From Bacteroidota bacterium (GTDB lineage Bacteria > Bacteroidota > Bacteroidia > Chitinophagales > BACL12), in assembly GCA_016124275.1 (NCBI GenBank), contig WGOA01000029.1:58877-122876 (forward strand): 64,000 nucleotides of DNA, written 5' to 3'. The notes below the pieces were generated by a model that saw only the letters and a program-made list of their open reading frames with translations, ran no database searches and was not told the origin of the DNA. Each line of letters begins with the position of its first letter. The first letter of the stretch is position 1. This document shows, in pieces, positions 9,923-19,368 of this stretch. The translations under genes and the position numbers were made by a program.

Positions 9923-10939
9923 ATGCAGTACTGTATTCAAAGCGTTCGCTACGGCCTATGCTTGCTCCTCGCAATAACCACCTTTGTTGCCTGCCAAAAG
10001 GAACAACCGCCGCTGCTTCAACCAACCCCGCTCAGTCGCACCGATAGTGCAGGCAGCTGCCACGAATACCTTTTTGACTCTGCGCTGGCCAACCTGCTTT
10101 ACCTGACCAGTGCCATGGAAAACGCCACCAGCATTACCAGCTATGCGCCGCCGGATACCAACGTGTTTGGCTGGATGCAGGAGCGTTTTGTTATCCACTT
10201 TCAAACGGACCACCCAAGTCCAAAACCCTATGATGTGGTTTACCTGCACGGCGGAGGCGGAGACGTTGGCCATGCCGGAAATTTCAGTGATGATGTAGCG
10301 GCTTTCCTCCGCTCCGGCTATGATGTTTGGTGTTTGGAATACCGCAGAGGATGGCATGAAGGGTCCTATGACCCTTGTATACCCCGCAATCCCTATGCCG
10401 CCACGGAAGCTGACTTCAACCGCTTTGATACGGCGACTGTTTGGGCTGCACAGGATGCACAATTGGGCATTGTTTACATTGCCAGCCAGACAACCGATAG
10501 CCTGATCCTTTACGGCACTTCGTTTGGCGGTCACCTGGCGGTCATGAACGGGCCTTACGGTTCAACAGCGGCGGCGGTGAACCAGCGCATTGTTGCAGCC
10601 ATTTCAGTTTCCGGGAGTACCATGCCACACTTGACCTTCCAACATGTGGTCCCCATGCTTTTCATCCACGGAGAAACCGATTCCGTGAACACTCCTGATT
10701 TCGGACCGCTTTACCAGTCAACGTTTGGCTATGCCCGCTATGCGGTGGGGGGCAGAGCACTCTACGAGGCGCTTTCACCAAACACGCCGTCCTGGCTCAT
10801 CATGCACCCGGGAGGGCACAGCAAAAGCATTGCAAAAGGCAAGCGATTGGTCAACATCATTGAACGCACGGTGTTGACCGGGCAAATCCCGCCTGGCCGT
10901 TTCAACGCCAATTCGTCCGGCATAACACCAACCCCTTAA
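9923..10939 (+). CDS. Alpha/beta hydrolase lipoprotein (esterase/peptidase-like)
   Basis: 338 aa. Lipobox-like TTFVAC, nucleophile elbow YGTSFGGHLA, and FIHGETD plus a late His (HPGGHS) consistent with a Ser-Asp-His triad. Confidence 0.6.
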   Translation: MQYCIQSVRYGLCLLLAITTFVACQKEQPPLLQPTPLSRTDSAGSCHEYLFDSALANLLYLTSAMENATSITSYAPPDTNVFGWMQERFVIHFQTDHPSPKPYDVVYLHGGGGDVGHAGNFSDDVAAFLRSGYDVWCLEYRRGWHEGSYDPCIPRNPYAATEADFNRFDTATVWAAQDAQLGIVYIASQTTDSLILYGTSFGGHLAVMNGPYGSTAAAVNQRIVAAISVSGSTMPHLTFQHVVPMLFIHGETDSVNTPDFGPLYQSTFGYARYAVGGRALYEALSPNTPSWLIMHPGGHSKSIAKGKRLVNIIERTVLTGQIPPGRFNANSSGITPTP

Positions 10940-10969
10940 TCGGATAGCGGCCAGGACCTAAAGCGCACC

Positions 10970-11938
10970 CTACAGCAACTTGGCAATCAGGCTCTCCGTG
11001 CTGATGCCTTCCGCCTCTGCCTTGTAGTTGCGCACGATGCGGTGGCGCAGAATGGGTTCGGCCACGGCTTGCACATCTTCAATGTCAGGCGAGTACTTGC
11101 CTCGGGTTGCGGCGTGGGCTTTGGCCCCAAGCACCAGGAACTGCGACGCGCGCGGGCCTGCACCCCAGCTCAGGTAATTGGTCACAAACTCCGGAGCGCG
11201 CTCGGTGCCCGGCCGGGTTTTGGCGGCCAGGTTTACCGCATACTCCAACACATTGTCTGCAATAGGTATGCGTCGAATCAGGCTTTGAAAAGCACGAATC
11301 TGATCGCCGCTCAGAATTTTGTTGACGCTGGCCTGCCGATCCGTTGTGGTGGCCTTTACCACAGCCACCTCCTCTGCATACGACGGGTAATCGAGGCGGA
11401 TGTTGAACATGAAGCGATCCAGCTGCGCCTCGGGCAAGGGGTACGTCCCTTCCTGCTCAATCGGGTTCTGGGTAGCTAACACAAAAAAGGGCAGGGGAAG
11501 GGCATGGCGATGTCCTGCAGCGGTAACGCCGCGTTCCTGCATCGCTTCTAACAAGGCCGCCTGGGTCTTGGGGGGGGTTCGGTTAATCTCGTCAGCCAAC
11601 ACGATGTTGGCAAAGAGCGGCCCGGGAATAAAGCGAAAATGCCTTTGTTCATCCAGCAACTCCGATCCAATAATGTCCGAAGGCATAAGATCCGGAGTGA
11701 ACTGAATGCGCTTGAAACTCAGGTGCAGCACATCGGAAATGGTCTGGATCAACAGCGTTTTGGCAAGCCCTGGGACACCAACCAATAAACTGTGCCCATC
11801 GCAAAAGATAGACAACAGCACATAGCGAACCACATCTTCCTGCCCAACGATCACCTTGCCAATTTCGGCCCGGAGTTCTTCAAACGATCGCGCCAGCGCA
11901 TCAACAGCCTGGACTTCATTGCCTTGCGTGGAAATCAT
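10970..11938 (-). CDS. MoxR family AAA+ ATPase
   Basis: 322 aa. Walker A GVPGLAKT, Walker B/sensor VLADEINRTPPKTQAALLEAMQE, and ATQNPIEQEGTYPLPEAQLDRF typical of the AAA_3/MoxR family. Confidence 0.9.
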   Translation of the reverse strand: MISTQGNEVQAVDALARSFEELRAEIGKVIVGQEDVVRYVLLSIFCDGHSLLVGVPGLAKTLLIQTISDVLHLSFKRIQFTPDLMPSDIIGSELLDEQRHFRFIPGPLFANIVLADEINRTPPKTQAALLEAMQERGVTAAGHRHALPLPFFVLATQNPIEQEGTYPLPEAQLDRFMFNIRLDYPSYAEEVAVVKATTTDRQASVNKILSGDQIRAFQSLIRRIPIADNVLEYAVNLAAKTRPGTERAPEFVTNYLSWGAGPRASQFLVLGAKAHAATRGKYSPDIEDVQAVAEPILRHRIVRNYKAEAEGISTESLIAKLL

Positions 11939-12004
11939 ATTCTTTAGAAAGTAATTATTTGCCGGCGGGTCATCCGACTCTTCCCCCGAAACAGATGGAA
12001 ACCA

Positions 12005-13363
12005 TCAACGGCCCAGCCCACCGGAAGCTGCACTCAACCAGCGCTCTGCCTGCGGACAGCCTGCGTAAACCGGGTCCACGCGAAGATACGTTTTGCCCAA
12101 TCTACCGGCCAGCCATTCATCCATGAGCCGCCCGCGCTTGGCTTGCAACGCAACAGCCTGAATTTTGGAGTAATCCTGATCCAGATTGGCCTTGTGAGGC
12201 TCGGTTTCGTCCAGCAGCAAAATCAGGCGAAAGGCTTGCTTTCCTTCGGGCGTCACATAAGCCTGCGCCGCAGAGAGTTGGCCCGGTTTGAGCTGCTCAA
12301 TGGCAAAGTAGGTATCCCGATCCAGGTCAGCAACGGTAAACAGGTTGGAGCCGTCCGCCGGGTTGATCATGCCGCCGCCGCTTTTGTTGGTCTGCTGATC
12401 CATCGAGAAACGCGCCACTGCCGCGGCAAAAGTCAGGGTTCCGGTTTCAATGGCATTGCGGATGGAATCCAACCGGCTGGAGGTAGCCGCCAGGTTGGAA
12501 CTCGTAACCCGTGGCTGGACCAGGATGTGGCGCAGGCACGCTTGTTCCCCTTTGCGCTCCACCATTTCAATGATGTGGAACCCGAATTCCGTCTCCACCA
12601 CCTCTGAAATTTCCCCGTTTTTCAGGCGAAAAGCGGCCGCTTCAAAAGCGGGGACCAGGGTTCCCCGACCCATGCAACCCAAATCGCCTTCCTGCTCCTT
12701 TGAGCCTGGATCATCCGAATAGATGCCTGCTAAAAAGCTGAGCTTTTCCCCCTTTCGAACACGCGCGAGCAATTCCTCTGCCTTTTCACGGGCAAAGGCC
12801 CGCTGTTCCTGGTTGGGCTCCGGAATCAGCACGATATGGGCCATTTGCACTTCGGCATCAAAAAACGGCAAGCTGTCCGTGGGGATCTCTTTGAAAAAAG
12901 TCCGAACCTCTGCGGGACTGATCCGAACGTCGCCGGTGACCAGGCTCTGCATGCGTCGGGCCAGCAACTGGTCCGCGATGTCTTGCCGGAATTCTTCCTT
13001 CAACTGAACAATGGGCTTGCCGTAAAACTCCTCGAGTTTTTCTGCGCTTCCCAGCAGCCCGATAAAGTAGTTGAAGCGTTGGGTTAACTCAGCATCCACC
13101 TCCTCTTCTGAGATAATCACAGAATCTTCTTCGGCCTGAAGCACCAGCATTTTCTGGGCCACCATCTGGTCCAGCAACTCACAGCGCAACTCAGCACCAG
13201 GTGCCCCTTCCTGCGTGTACTGAAGGTATTGAAACTCAATATCTGACTTCAACACGATCTGGTCGCCTACCTGCGCCACCACTTTGTCCAGCAACATAGG
13301 GTATTGGGCGCGGGCCACTAACCCGGAAAGCAGAAAGAGACAATAAATAAAGCTATGTTTCAC
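12005..13363 (-). CDS. SurA-like periplasmic chaperone / parvulin-type peptidyl-prolyl isomerase
   Basis: 452 aa with a GTG start. Signal peptide ending ARA|Q. Parvulin core GCMGRGTLVPAFEAAAF...FGFHIIEMVER. Confidence 0.8.
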   Translation of the reverse strand: MKHSFIYCLFLLSGLVARAQYPMLLDKVVAQVGDQIVLKSDIEFQYLQYTQEGAPGAELRCELLDQMVAQKMLVLQAEEDSVIISEEEVDAELTQRFNYFIGLLGSAEKLEEFYGKPIVQLKEEFRQDIADQLLARRMQSLVTGDVRISPAEVRTFFKEIPTDSLPFFDAEVQMAHIVLIPEPNQEQRAFAREKAEELLARVRKGEKLSFLAGIYSDDPGSKEQEGDLGCMGRGTLVPAFEAAAFRLKNGEISEVVETEFGFHIIEMVERKGEQACLRHILVQPRVTSSNLAATSSRLDSIRNAIETGTLTFAAAVARFSMDQQTNKSGGGMINPADGSNLFTVADLDRDTYFAIEQLKPGQLSAAQAYVTPEGKQAFRLILLLDETEPHKANLDQDYSKIQAVALQAKRGRLMDEWLAGRLGKTYLRVDPVYAGCPQAERWLSAASGGLGR

Positions 13364-13378
13364 GGGCTGCTGATAAGG

Positions 13379-14224
13379 TCAATAAATTTCAAAATGGTCG
13401 CGCTTGCCTCCTTCAATGTACAAATCCCGGTAAGTGGCTTTGATCAGTTCGCGGTGGCGGCGGTTCATGATTCGTTTGCTGATGTCCGTTCGGCAATAGG
13501 ACAGCGGCATGGGTTCTCCTTTTCGCTTGCGTTCCAAAATCCGGAACAACGCGATCCGGTCCTGGTCGTTGATCTGAATCCAATCGGCACCTTCTAAACG
13601 CTCCGGGGCAATGTCCTCCCCGGGAAAGTTACGCCCCAGATCGTCCTTGCTGTACCATTTGCCCCCGTTAACCTGGTAATCGATACAGGCAGTGCTGCAA
13701 TAGCGATCCAGATTTCCCCGGTTCCGCTCGATGTTTCGAAACCAATAGCGGATGGAGTCTGCATTGAATTTACCAGCATCGCCGATGGCGTATTCAATCC
13801 GATAAACGGTTTCCTGAAGCTTGAATTGCTGGGCGTTTTCGTCGTAAAAGGTCTGAATTTGTTCTCTGGACATGGCTGTATCCAGGTTCTGATCCACCCA
13901 TTGTTGCAAATAGGCTTCAATGAGCAGACTCTCCCGGTATTCCTTGGCCTGTCGCTCTATTTCAGACAATTGGCCGCTCAGGTTCTCCGAAGCCACTTCG
14001 ACCAGCAAATGGTGTTTGATCCAATTGTCCAGGTAATCCTGGGTCAGGCGGGCGCTGTCTTCCGGTCTTGTGCCGGCGGGCACGATCCCGCTCAGGTCAG
14101 CCGGATACAGGTAGCGGTCGTAAACGCGCGCAATCGGCTCTTCTCCGGGACGGGCACCAGACTGACAAGCCGACCACAAGGTCAGCCCGACAAAGGCAGC
14201 GATGAGGGCCGGGCGGTTGCGCAA
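13379..14224 (-). CDS. Hypothetical lipoprotein (possible SurA-N-like chaperone domain)
   Basis: 281 aa with a TTG start 3 nt after the upstream stop. Lipobox LWSAC. Sits between two PPIase genes in the same operon. No catalytic motif recognised. Confidence 0.5.
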   Translation of the reverse strand: MRNRPALIAAFVGLTLWSACQSGARPGEEPIARVYDRYLYPADLSGIVPAGTRPEDSARLTQDYLDNWIKHHLLVEVASENLSGQLSEIERQAKEYRESLLIEAYLQQWVDQNLDTAMSREQIQTFYDENAQQFKLQETVYRIEYAIGDAGKFNADSIRYWFRNIERNRGNLDRYCSTACIDYQVNGGKWYSKDDLGRNFPGEDIAPERLEGADWIQINDQDRIALFRILERKRKGEPMPLSYCRTDISKRIMNRRHRELIKATYRDLYIEGGKRDHFEIY

Positions 14225-14227
14225 GGC

Positions 14228-16210
14228 TTATCGGATCATGGACTGAAAAGTCTGCTCGTGAATGACCACGGGAAACTTGGCCCGCAGCTCTTCTACCCAG
14301 CGATCCTCCAGAAACTCCTGGTAGTCTGAAATGACATAGCCCTTGGCTTCGTCCAGGGTCTTGGGTTCTGAAGGCACCGTCCGCAGAACCTGCACAAGAA
14401 CGGTATTGCCGCTTTCGTTGGTAAGGTCAGCACTGAGGCCAACCGCGCGACCCGCTTCATCCACGAAGCTGTTCTGGCCGGGCAAGAACAACCCGCGCTC
14501 CGTGCTCACCATGTTCTTGCTGTCACCTGTATTGTATTTGGCGGAAACTTGCTCCGCTGTAGCGCCACCCTGGAGGCTTTTGCGCACTTTTTTAGCCGTC
14601 TTGGCATCTTGAATCGTGTACACAACCGCTTCAACGCGCTCATCCCAGAGGTAATTGTTCCGGGTCTGCTCGTAAAAATTCTGCAGTCCGAGCGTATCGC
14701 GCATGGCCTGCTGCCAGACTTTCTCTTCGGTCAATTCAAAAAGCAGGATACCATCGCGATACTCCTGCAACAAGCGGCGGAACGCTTCGTCCTTGCGGCC
14801 CAAAGCATACTCTACCGTATTGTCTTCCACATACTGTTGGTACAAGCGGTCAATTTTGGCGGCGATGTCCTGATCGCGGTAGGCGCGTTGGCTGCGCTCT
14901 ACGTGAAACGCAAAGTCATCCACTTTGTAGGCCACATCACCCAATTGGAACAATACGGCATTGGTATTTTCCGCTTTGGCGGCGCGCCAGGTATTGACCA
15001 AAATGGAGGAATCCATCGAAGCCTTGAACGCATCCAGCGCAGCTGCATTTTCGGTAAACCCGTAGCTGCGCTGTGCATTGCGAATGTAGCGCGCCCGCGC
15101 TTCGTCGTACCGGCCCGCGCGCTGCAAACGGCGCAACACTTCGGCTTTCATATCATCGTAACCAGCCAAAGGCGTGCGCTCTACCAGTTTGATCAGGTGA
15201 AAACCGTAAGTGGTTTCAATCGGCTCGGAGACATCGCCAGGATTCTTCAAAGCGAAGGCGGCTTCTTCAAAAGAGCCGACCATTTTACCCGTGCTGAAAG
15301 GCTCCAGAATACCGCCCTTGGAAGCCGTGGTTTTGTCGTCAGAGTGGATGGTCACCAGGCTGTCAAATGACGCTCCGTTCCGAATCATTTCGCGCAGTTC
15401 CGCAGCGCGCTTGAGGGCAGCATCGCGGCTTTCAGCGCCTGCTTCTTTGGAAAACTTAATCAGCATATGCGCCACCTGCACGGTGCCCCGGTTGGACCGG
15501 CGCTCGCCGGGCTTAACCAGGTGGTAGCCGTACCGCGTGCGCACAGGAGCAGAAACCTTTCCCTTGGTCGTGTTGAACAGCGCATCTTCAAAGCGGGCAT
15601 CCGGAATTTGCAGGCCTGTAACATAACCAATGTTGCCTTTGTTTTCTTTGGCCGAAGGGTCCTCGCTAACCTCTGCAGCCAACTTGGCAAAATCTTCTCC
15701 TTTGGCCAGGCGCTGTTGGATAGCCAAAATCTTGTTCCAGGCAGCCAGGGTATCTGCGGGCGCAGCACCGGGTTGAACGGTGACCATGATGTGGTGGGCA
15801 TCAATCTCCAGCAGCATTCGATCGTAAGCCTCTGCGGTCATGTTGTCGGTAACCGCCTTGTCAAAATAAGACTTGACCAGTTGCTTGCGGTAGCGGTCCA
15901 ATTCGCTCTGTACGGCCGGGAGCGTATCAATGCGCAGCGTGCGGGCCTCTTTGACCTTCAGCTTAAAGTTGATGTACAACTCCAGGTACTCCTCTAAAGA
16001 AGCCCGGCTGTAATCGTTCTGCTTGGTCGGGTTGTTCTTGCGGTAGACGTATTCAAATTCCTCCAGGGAAACCTTCTCGTTGCCCACTTCAAACAACACG
16101 GTCCCGGGGTCATCGCCTGCAGGGGGCGTTGAACCATCAGCGGCCAGCAAAGCTGTTGAACAGAGCGCAAGAGCAACGGCGGCAAAAATTCCCAAAAAAT
16201 CCTTTTTCAT
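14228..16210 (-). CDS. Peptidyl-prolyl cis-trans isomerase with two parvulin domains (PpiD/SurA-like)
   Basis: 660 aa, ATG start, signal peptide. Two parvulin signatures, YGYHLVKPGER and YGFHLIKLVER. Confidence 0.8.
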   Translation of the reverse strand: MKKDFLGIFAAVALALCSTALLAADGSTPPAGDDPGTVLFEVGNEKVSLEEFEYVYRKNNPTKQNDYSRASLEEYLELYINFKLKVKEARTLRIDTLPAVQSELDRYRKQLVKSYFDKAVTDNMTAEAYDRMLLEIDAHHIMVTVQPGAAPADTLAAWNKILAIQQRLAKGEDFAKLAAEVSEDPSAKENKGNIGYVTGLQIPDARFEDALFNTTKGKVSAPVRTRYGYHLVKPGERRSNRGTVQVAHMLIKFSKEAGAESRDAALKRAAELREMIRNGASFDSLVTIHSDDKTTASKGGILEPFSTGKMVGSFEEAAFALKNPGDVSEPIETTYGFHLIKLVERTPLAGYDDMKAEVLRRLQRAGRYDEARARYIRNAQRSYGFTENAAALDAFKASMDSSILVNTWRAAKAENTNAVLFQLGDVAYKVDDFAFHVERSQRAYRDQDIAAKIDRLYQQYVEDNTVEYALGRKDEAFRRLLQEYRDGILLFELTEEKVWQQAMRDTLGLQNFYEQTRNNYLWDERVEAVVYTIQDAKTAKKVRKSLQGGATAEQVSAKYNTGDSKNMVSTERGLFLPGQNSFVDEAGRAVGLSADLTNESGNTVLVQVLRTVPSEPKTLDEAKGYVISDYQEFLEDRWVEELRAKFPVVIHEQTFQSMIR

Positions 16211-16242
16211 CTATCGAATTCCTTATCGGTTAACGATTTGTG

Positions 16243-16280
16243 GATAAAAACAACGCGCTCCGGAGCTGTTCCGAAGCGCG
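16243..16280 (-). terminator. Rho-independent terminator candidate downstream of the partner-switching operon
   Basis: The minus strand reads CGCGCTTCGGA-ACAGC-TCCGGAGCGCG (one mismatch) followed by TTGTTTTTATCC. Lies about 100 nt after the stop at 16376. Confidence 0.5.
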
Positions 16281-16375
16281 GCAAAGGTACGCAAAATTTA
16301 GAGGACCTCCGGCAAAACCGGCGGTGGTTTAAGTTGCGGGCGAAGGGCTTCCATGCCCGTGCAACAGCCTGATTA

Positions 16376-16792
16376 TCAGCTAACTGGAACAGCCTTGATC
16401 ATGGTGCAGACGCAAACACCGTCCACCAGATCAAAGCGAACTTCATCCATAATGGCGTGGATCAGCTTGAGGCCCAGGCCACCCTTCATCTTGTTGCGGA
16501 TAAAGTAGTCAATGTCGCGCTCCAGCAACTTGGGATCAAACTCAAACTGGCCAACGTCGTAAATGCGCACGGTTAAGATCCCTTCGCGCAATTCTGCTTC
16601 AATGCGAATGGTGCGGTTCTCATCGCAATCGTTGCCGTGTATGATGGCGTTGGCACAGGCCTCATCTACCGCCAAAACAACCTGGTCCCGGAGCAATCCG
16701 GTTATGCCATGGGTTTCGAGCTCCGCCCCCAGGCGGTCGCGGATGGATTTAAGTTCCTCCCGGCGACAAATGACCGAGTAATGGGCTATCAT
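16376..16792 (-). CDS. Anti-sigma-factor-type serine kinase (RsbW/SpoIIAB-like, HATPase_c)
   Basis: 138 aa. N-box EACANAIIHGN and G-box KGGLGLKLI. The start overlaps the STAS gene stop (ATGA). Confidence 0.8.
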   Translation of the reverse strand: MIAHYSVICRREELKSIRDRLGAELETHGITGLLRDQVVLAVDEACANAIIHGNDCDENRTIRIEAELREGILTVRIYDVGQFEFDPKLLERDIDYFIRNKMKGGLGLKLIHAIMDEVRFDLVDGVCVCTMIKAVPVS

Positions 16793-17151
16793 GCAAGAAG
16801 GTCCATCGCTTCTTCCTGTGAAGAGACGAAGGTGAACAAATCGGTAAGTCCCAACAGGTTAAAAACGTTTTGGACCCCTTCGCGGAGACCAAAAAAGATA
16901 AACTGCCCCCCTTTGTCATAAACGTCGTCTTTGTTGCTGATAAAGACCCCGAGGCCGGCAGAGGCAATATAGGCCAGCTCCGTGCCGTCGAAAATGAAGT
17001 GGGTGTGACCTTCGGCAATCAGTTGCTTGAGTCGGGAATCAAAATCAAGCGAAGAACTGGCATCCAGTTCGCCGCTGATTTTCAGGATGAGCGCTCCGAC
17101 GATTGGCTCACTGATTAAATTCAGTCCGGTTGGCTTGTTGGTGGTGTTCAT
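16789..17151 (-). CDS. STAS-domain anti-sigma-factor antagonist (RsbV/SpoIIAA-like)
   Basis: 120 aa. STAS layout with a candidate phospho-serine in YIASAGLGVFIS. Confidence 0.85.
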   Translation of the reverse strand: MNTTNKPTGLNLISEPIVGALILKISGELDASSSLDFDSRLKQLIAEGHTHFIFDGTELAYIASAGLGVFISNKDDVYDKGGQFIFFGLREGVQNVFNLLGLTDLFTFVSSQEEAMDLLA

Positions 17152-17202
17152 CTTGGTTGGCTTCTACGAATATTACGACTTTTTGTTACGTAATGGTAAC
17201 CC

Positions 17203-19248
17203 TCATTGGAATTTGATCACCAGCAGGGTGATGTCGTCACCGGCCCTTCCCCCGCCCAGAAACTCCTGGATATCATCCAGAATGCGGCGCTTGATCTCTT
17301 CTGCCGTAAAAAAGGCATGCCGGGCTACAATGTGCCGTAGGCGTTCAAGCCCAAACTCCTCGCCGGTTTCCGGGTGGTTAGCTTCCATGATGCCGTCGGT
17401 GAACAACACAATGATGTCGTTCGTGTCAAACCGGTGGCTGTTTACCTGGATATGGTTCCGGTAGCGGTCTGTGCGGACAATACCAAGGCCCATTCCTTTG
17501 TCTTCCAGGTACTCCGCCTGCCCGTCGCTGGCCCGGTAGAACAACAGCGGACAATGCCCTGCCCGCGCGTAAATGAATTGGTTTTCCATCGGCCGGAAGC
17601 TCAGGAACACCAGGGTGAGGAAAATCTGGGGGTCAAAACACGCGCTGACAGCCGTGTTAACCCGGTACAAAAACTCTTCAGGATCCTCCAGATGGTCCAG
17701 ATTGGAGTGGAAAATGCCCTTGAGTTCGGCCACGTTAAAGGCGGCGCCCATGCCCTTGCCCGTTACGTCGCCCAGGACAATGAATACTTCATCGCCCTTT
17801 TCGAAAAAATCGTAACAATCTCCTCCCACTTCCTGGGCCGGCTGATAGGCCACCGCTAAACTAACCCAGGAGCGAACCGGTGCCGCGCGGGGCAAAAGAT
17901 TCTCCTGCACTCGCGTAGCGATTTCAAACTCGTTTTTCATCCGTTCGTTTTCAACAGCTTGAGCAACGAGGCGGTTTTTCTCCAGGGCCAGTCGGGCCTG
18001 ATTGACATAGGTTCCGAGCATCCGAATGGAATACTCGTCAAAGGCATCTTCGGGCTCCTTCAACAAAACCAGGCTGCCTTCGGGATGGCCATTCACGGAC
18101 ATCGGAAAACTCAGTGCTGTTTTAAACTGCGTGCCCAAATCCTGCAAATGCTCGTGGCGCGCGGCATTGCGCACATACAGGTGCCCTTCGCGCTCCACCA
18201 CCTCTGCTGTAGCCTGTTGGCGCAGCCCGCCTTCCCAACGGCCAATTTGGCCAAGGGCTACATCACCGCGCTTGAGGTACTGAACCTGTTGACCACCGCT
18301 CAAAGGCCGGGTAAACCAGGCGGCGCGTGCACCGCTGTTGCGGTAACACAAGTCAAGCAGCAATTCCTGAATATCTTCGGCCGACCCTTGGTGGCTGATT
18401 TGCTCATGGAGGCTTTGAAAACCAAAAATATCGTTGTTGCGGCGCTCCATAATGGCGGTCATCGGCCAGTTAAAAAGCACCGACAGCAAGCTCATCAGCC
18501 CATAAGCCCCATTGAACATCAGCAAAAGCAGGGGGAAGGGGTTTTGGTGCGCCTGGCTAAAGAAAATGCCGTGAGCATCTTCCACAAAGAACCAAAGCAC
18601 CAGGCCCAGATGCACCCAGGTGATCAAAAACAGGTACACAAAGACATACACCCTGCTGCTTTGCGTCAGGTCGCCGATCCAGCGCACCCGAAAAAGCAGC
18701 GAAAATGCGGGGATGGCAGCCAGCACAAACAACCCGTACAAAACCAGATCCGGCAGCGGAAAAAGGGCGGCAAAGGCAGAAACGAAAAGCAGCCCCGTCA
18801 TGGTTCGCAACCATTGGCGGGTAGAGGCGGACCGCTCGTCAATCAGGTGCCTGACCCGGACAAACGTGCGCACCTGGTAGATAACCAGCGGAAGGCAAGC
18901 CAACAGCGGGTACACTTCGCCCGTGAAATAGGCCAGTGGCCCCCGGTTGCTGGGTGGGAAGAGTTGAGACAGCAACACCAGCGAGAGCGTAAACAAGCCG
19001 CCCACCAGCATATTGCGCAGCAAGATCTCGGGATCAAGCGGTTTATTTGTGCGGTCATAAACGATCGCAAAAGCAAGAGAACCCGCATAAAACAAGGCGA
19101 CCAAAAGGCCGGAAACCCAGGGCAGCAGGACATAGGGGCCCTCGTAGGCCTCGCTGGCCGAACTGGCAGCGGCAAAGCCCCAGGCCAGAAAAACGGCGAG
19201 GGGCAGCAAAGGCTTAAGCCAGGGAAAACGTTGCAGCGTATCGGGCAA
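17203..19248 (-). CDS. Membrane-bound PP2C/SpoIIE-family phosphatase with a GAF-like sensor (RsbU-like)
   Basis: 681 aa with a TTG start. About 260 aa of multi-TM N-terminus and a central GAF-like region. PP2C motifs GGDCYDFF, LGDVTGKGMGAA, LFTDGIMEA and GDDITLLVIKF. Confidence 0.85.
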   Translation of the reverse strand: MPDTLQRFPWLKPLLPLAVFLAWGFAAASSASEAYEGPYVLLPWVSGLLVALFYAGSLAFAIVYDRTNKPLDPEILLRNMLVGGLFTLSLVLLSQLFPPSNRGPLAYFTGEVYPLLACLPLVIYQVRTFVRVRHLIDERSASTRQWLRTMTGLLFVSAFAALFPLPDLVLYGLFVLAAIPAFSLLFRVRWIGDLTQSSRVYVFVYLFLITWVHLGLVLWFFVEDAHGIFFSQAHQNPFPLLLLMFNGAYGLMSLLSVLFNWPMTAIMERRNNDIFGFQSLHEQISHQGSAEDIQELLLDLCYRNSGARAAWFTRPLSGGQQVQYLKRGDVALGQIGRWEGGLRQQATAEVVEREGHLYVRNAARHEHLQDLGTQFKTALSFPMSVNGHPEGSLVLLKEPEDAFDEYSIRMLGTYVNQARLALEKNRLVAQAVENERMKNEFEIATRVQENLLPRAAPVRSWVSLAVAYQPAQEVGGDCYDFFEKGDEVFIVLGDVTGKGMGAAFNVAELKGIFHSNLDHLEDPEEFLYRVNTAVSACFDPQIFLTLVFLSFRPMENQFIYARAGHCPLLFYRASDGQAEYLEDKGMGLGIVRTDRYRNHIQVNSHRFDTNDIIVLFTDGIMEANHPETGEEFGLERLRHIVARHAFFTAEEIKRRILDDIQEFLGGGRAGDDITLLVIKFQ

Positions 19249-19368
19249 GCGGAGCGATTGGGTTCAGGAGAGAAGGCGAGGGAAGACAGCGGGAAAAAAC
19301 ACCCAAGCTGGAAGTTGGGGAGATTTAACCGTATCCGCTAATTATTGCAAAATTAAGGCATAGTCAAC

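Noticed and set aside
17959-19341. 460-aa ORF on the plus strand
   Set aside because: Antisense to the PP2C phosphatase gene. It is highly basic and Gln/Lys/Pro-rich with no domain features, so it is a shadow ORF.
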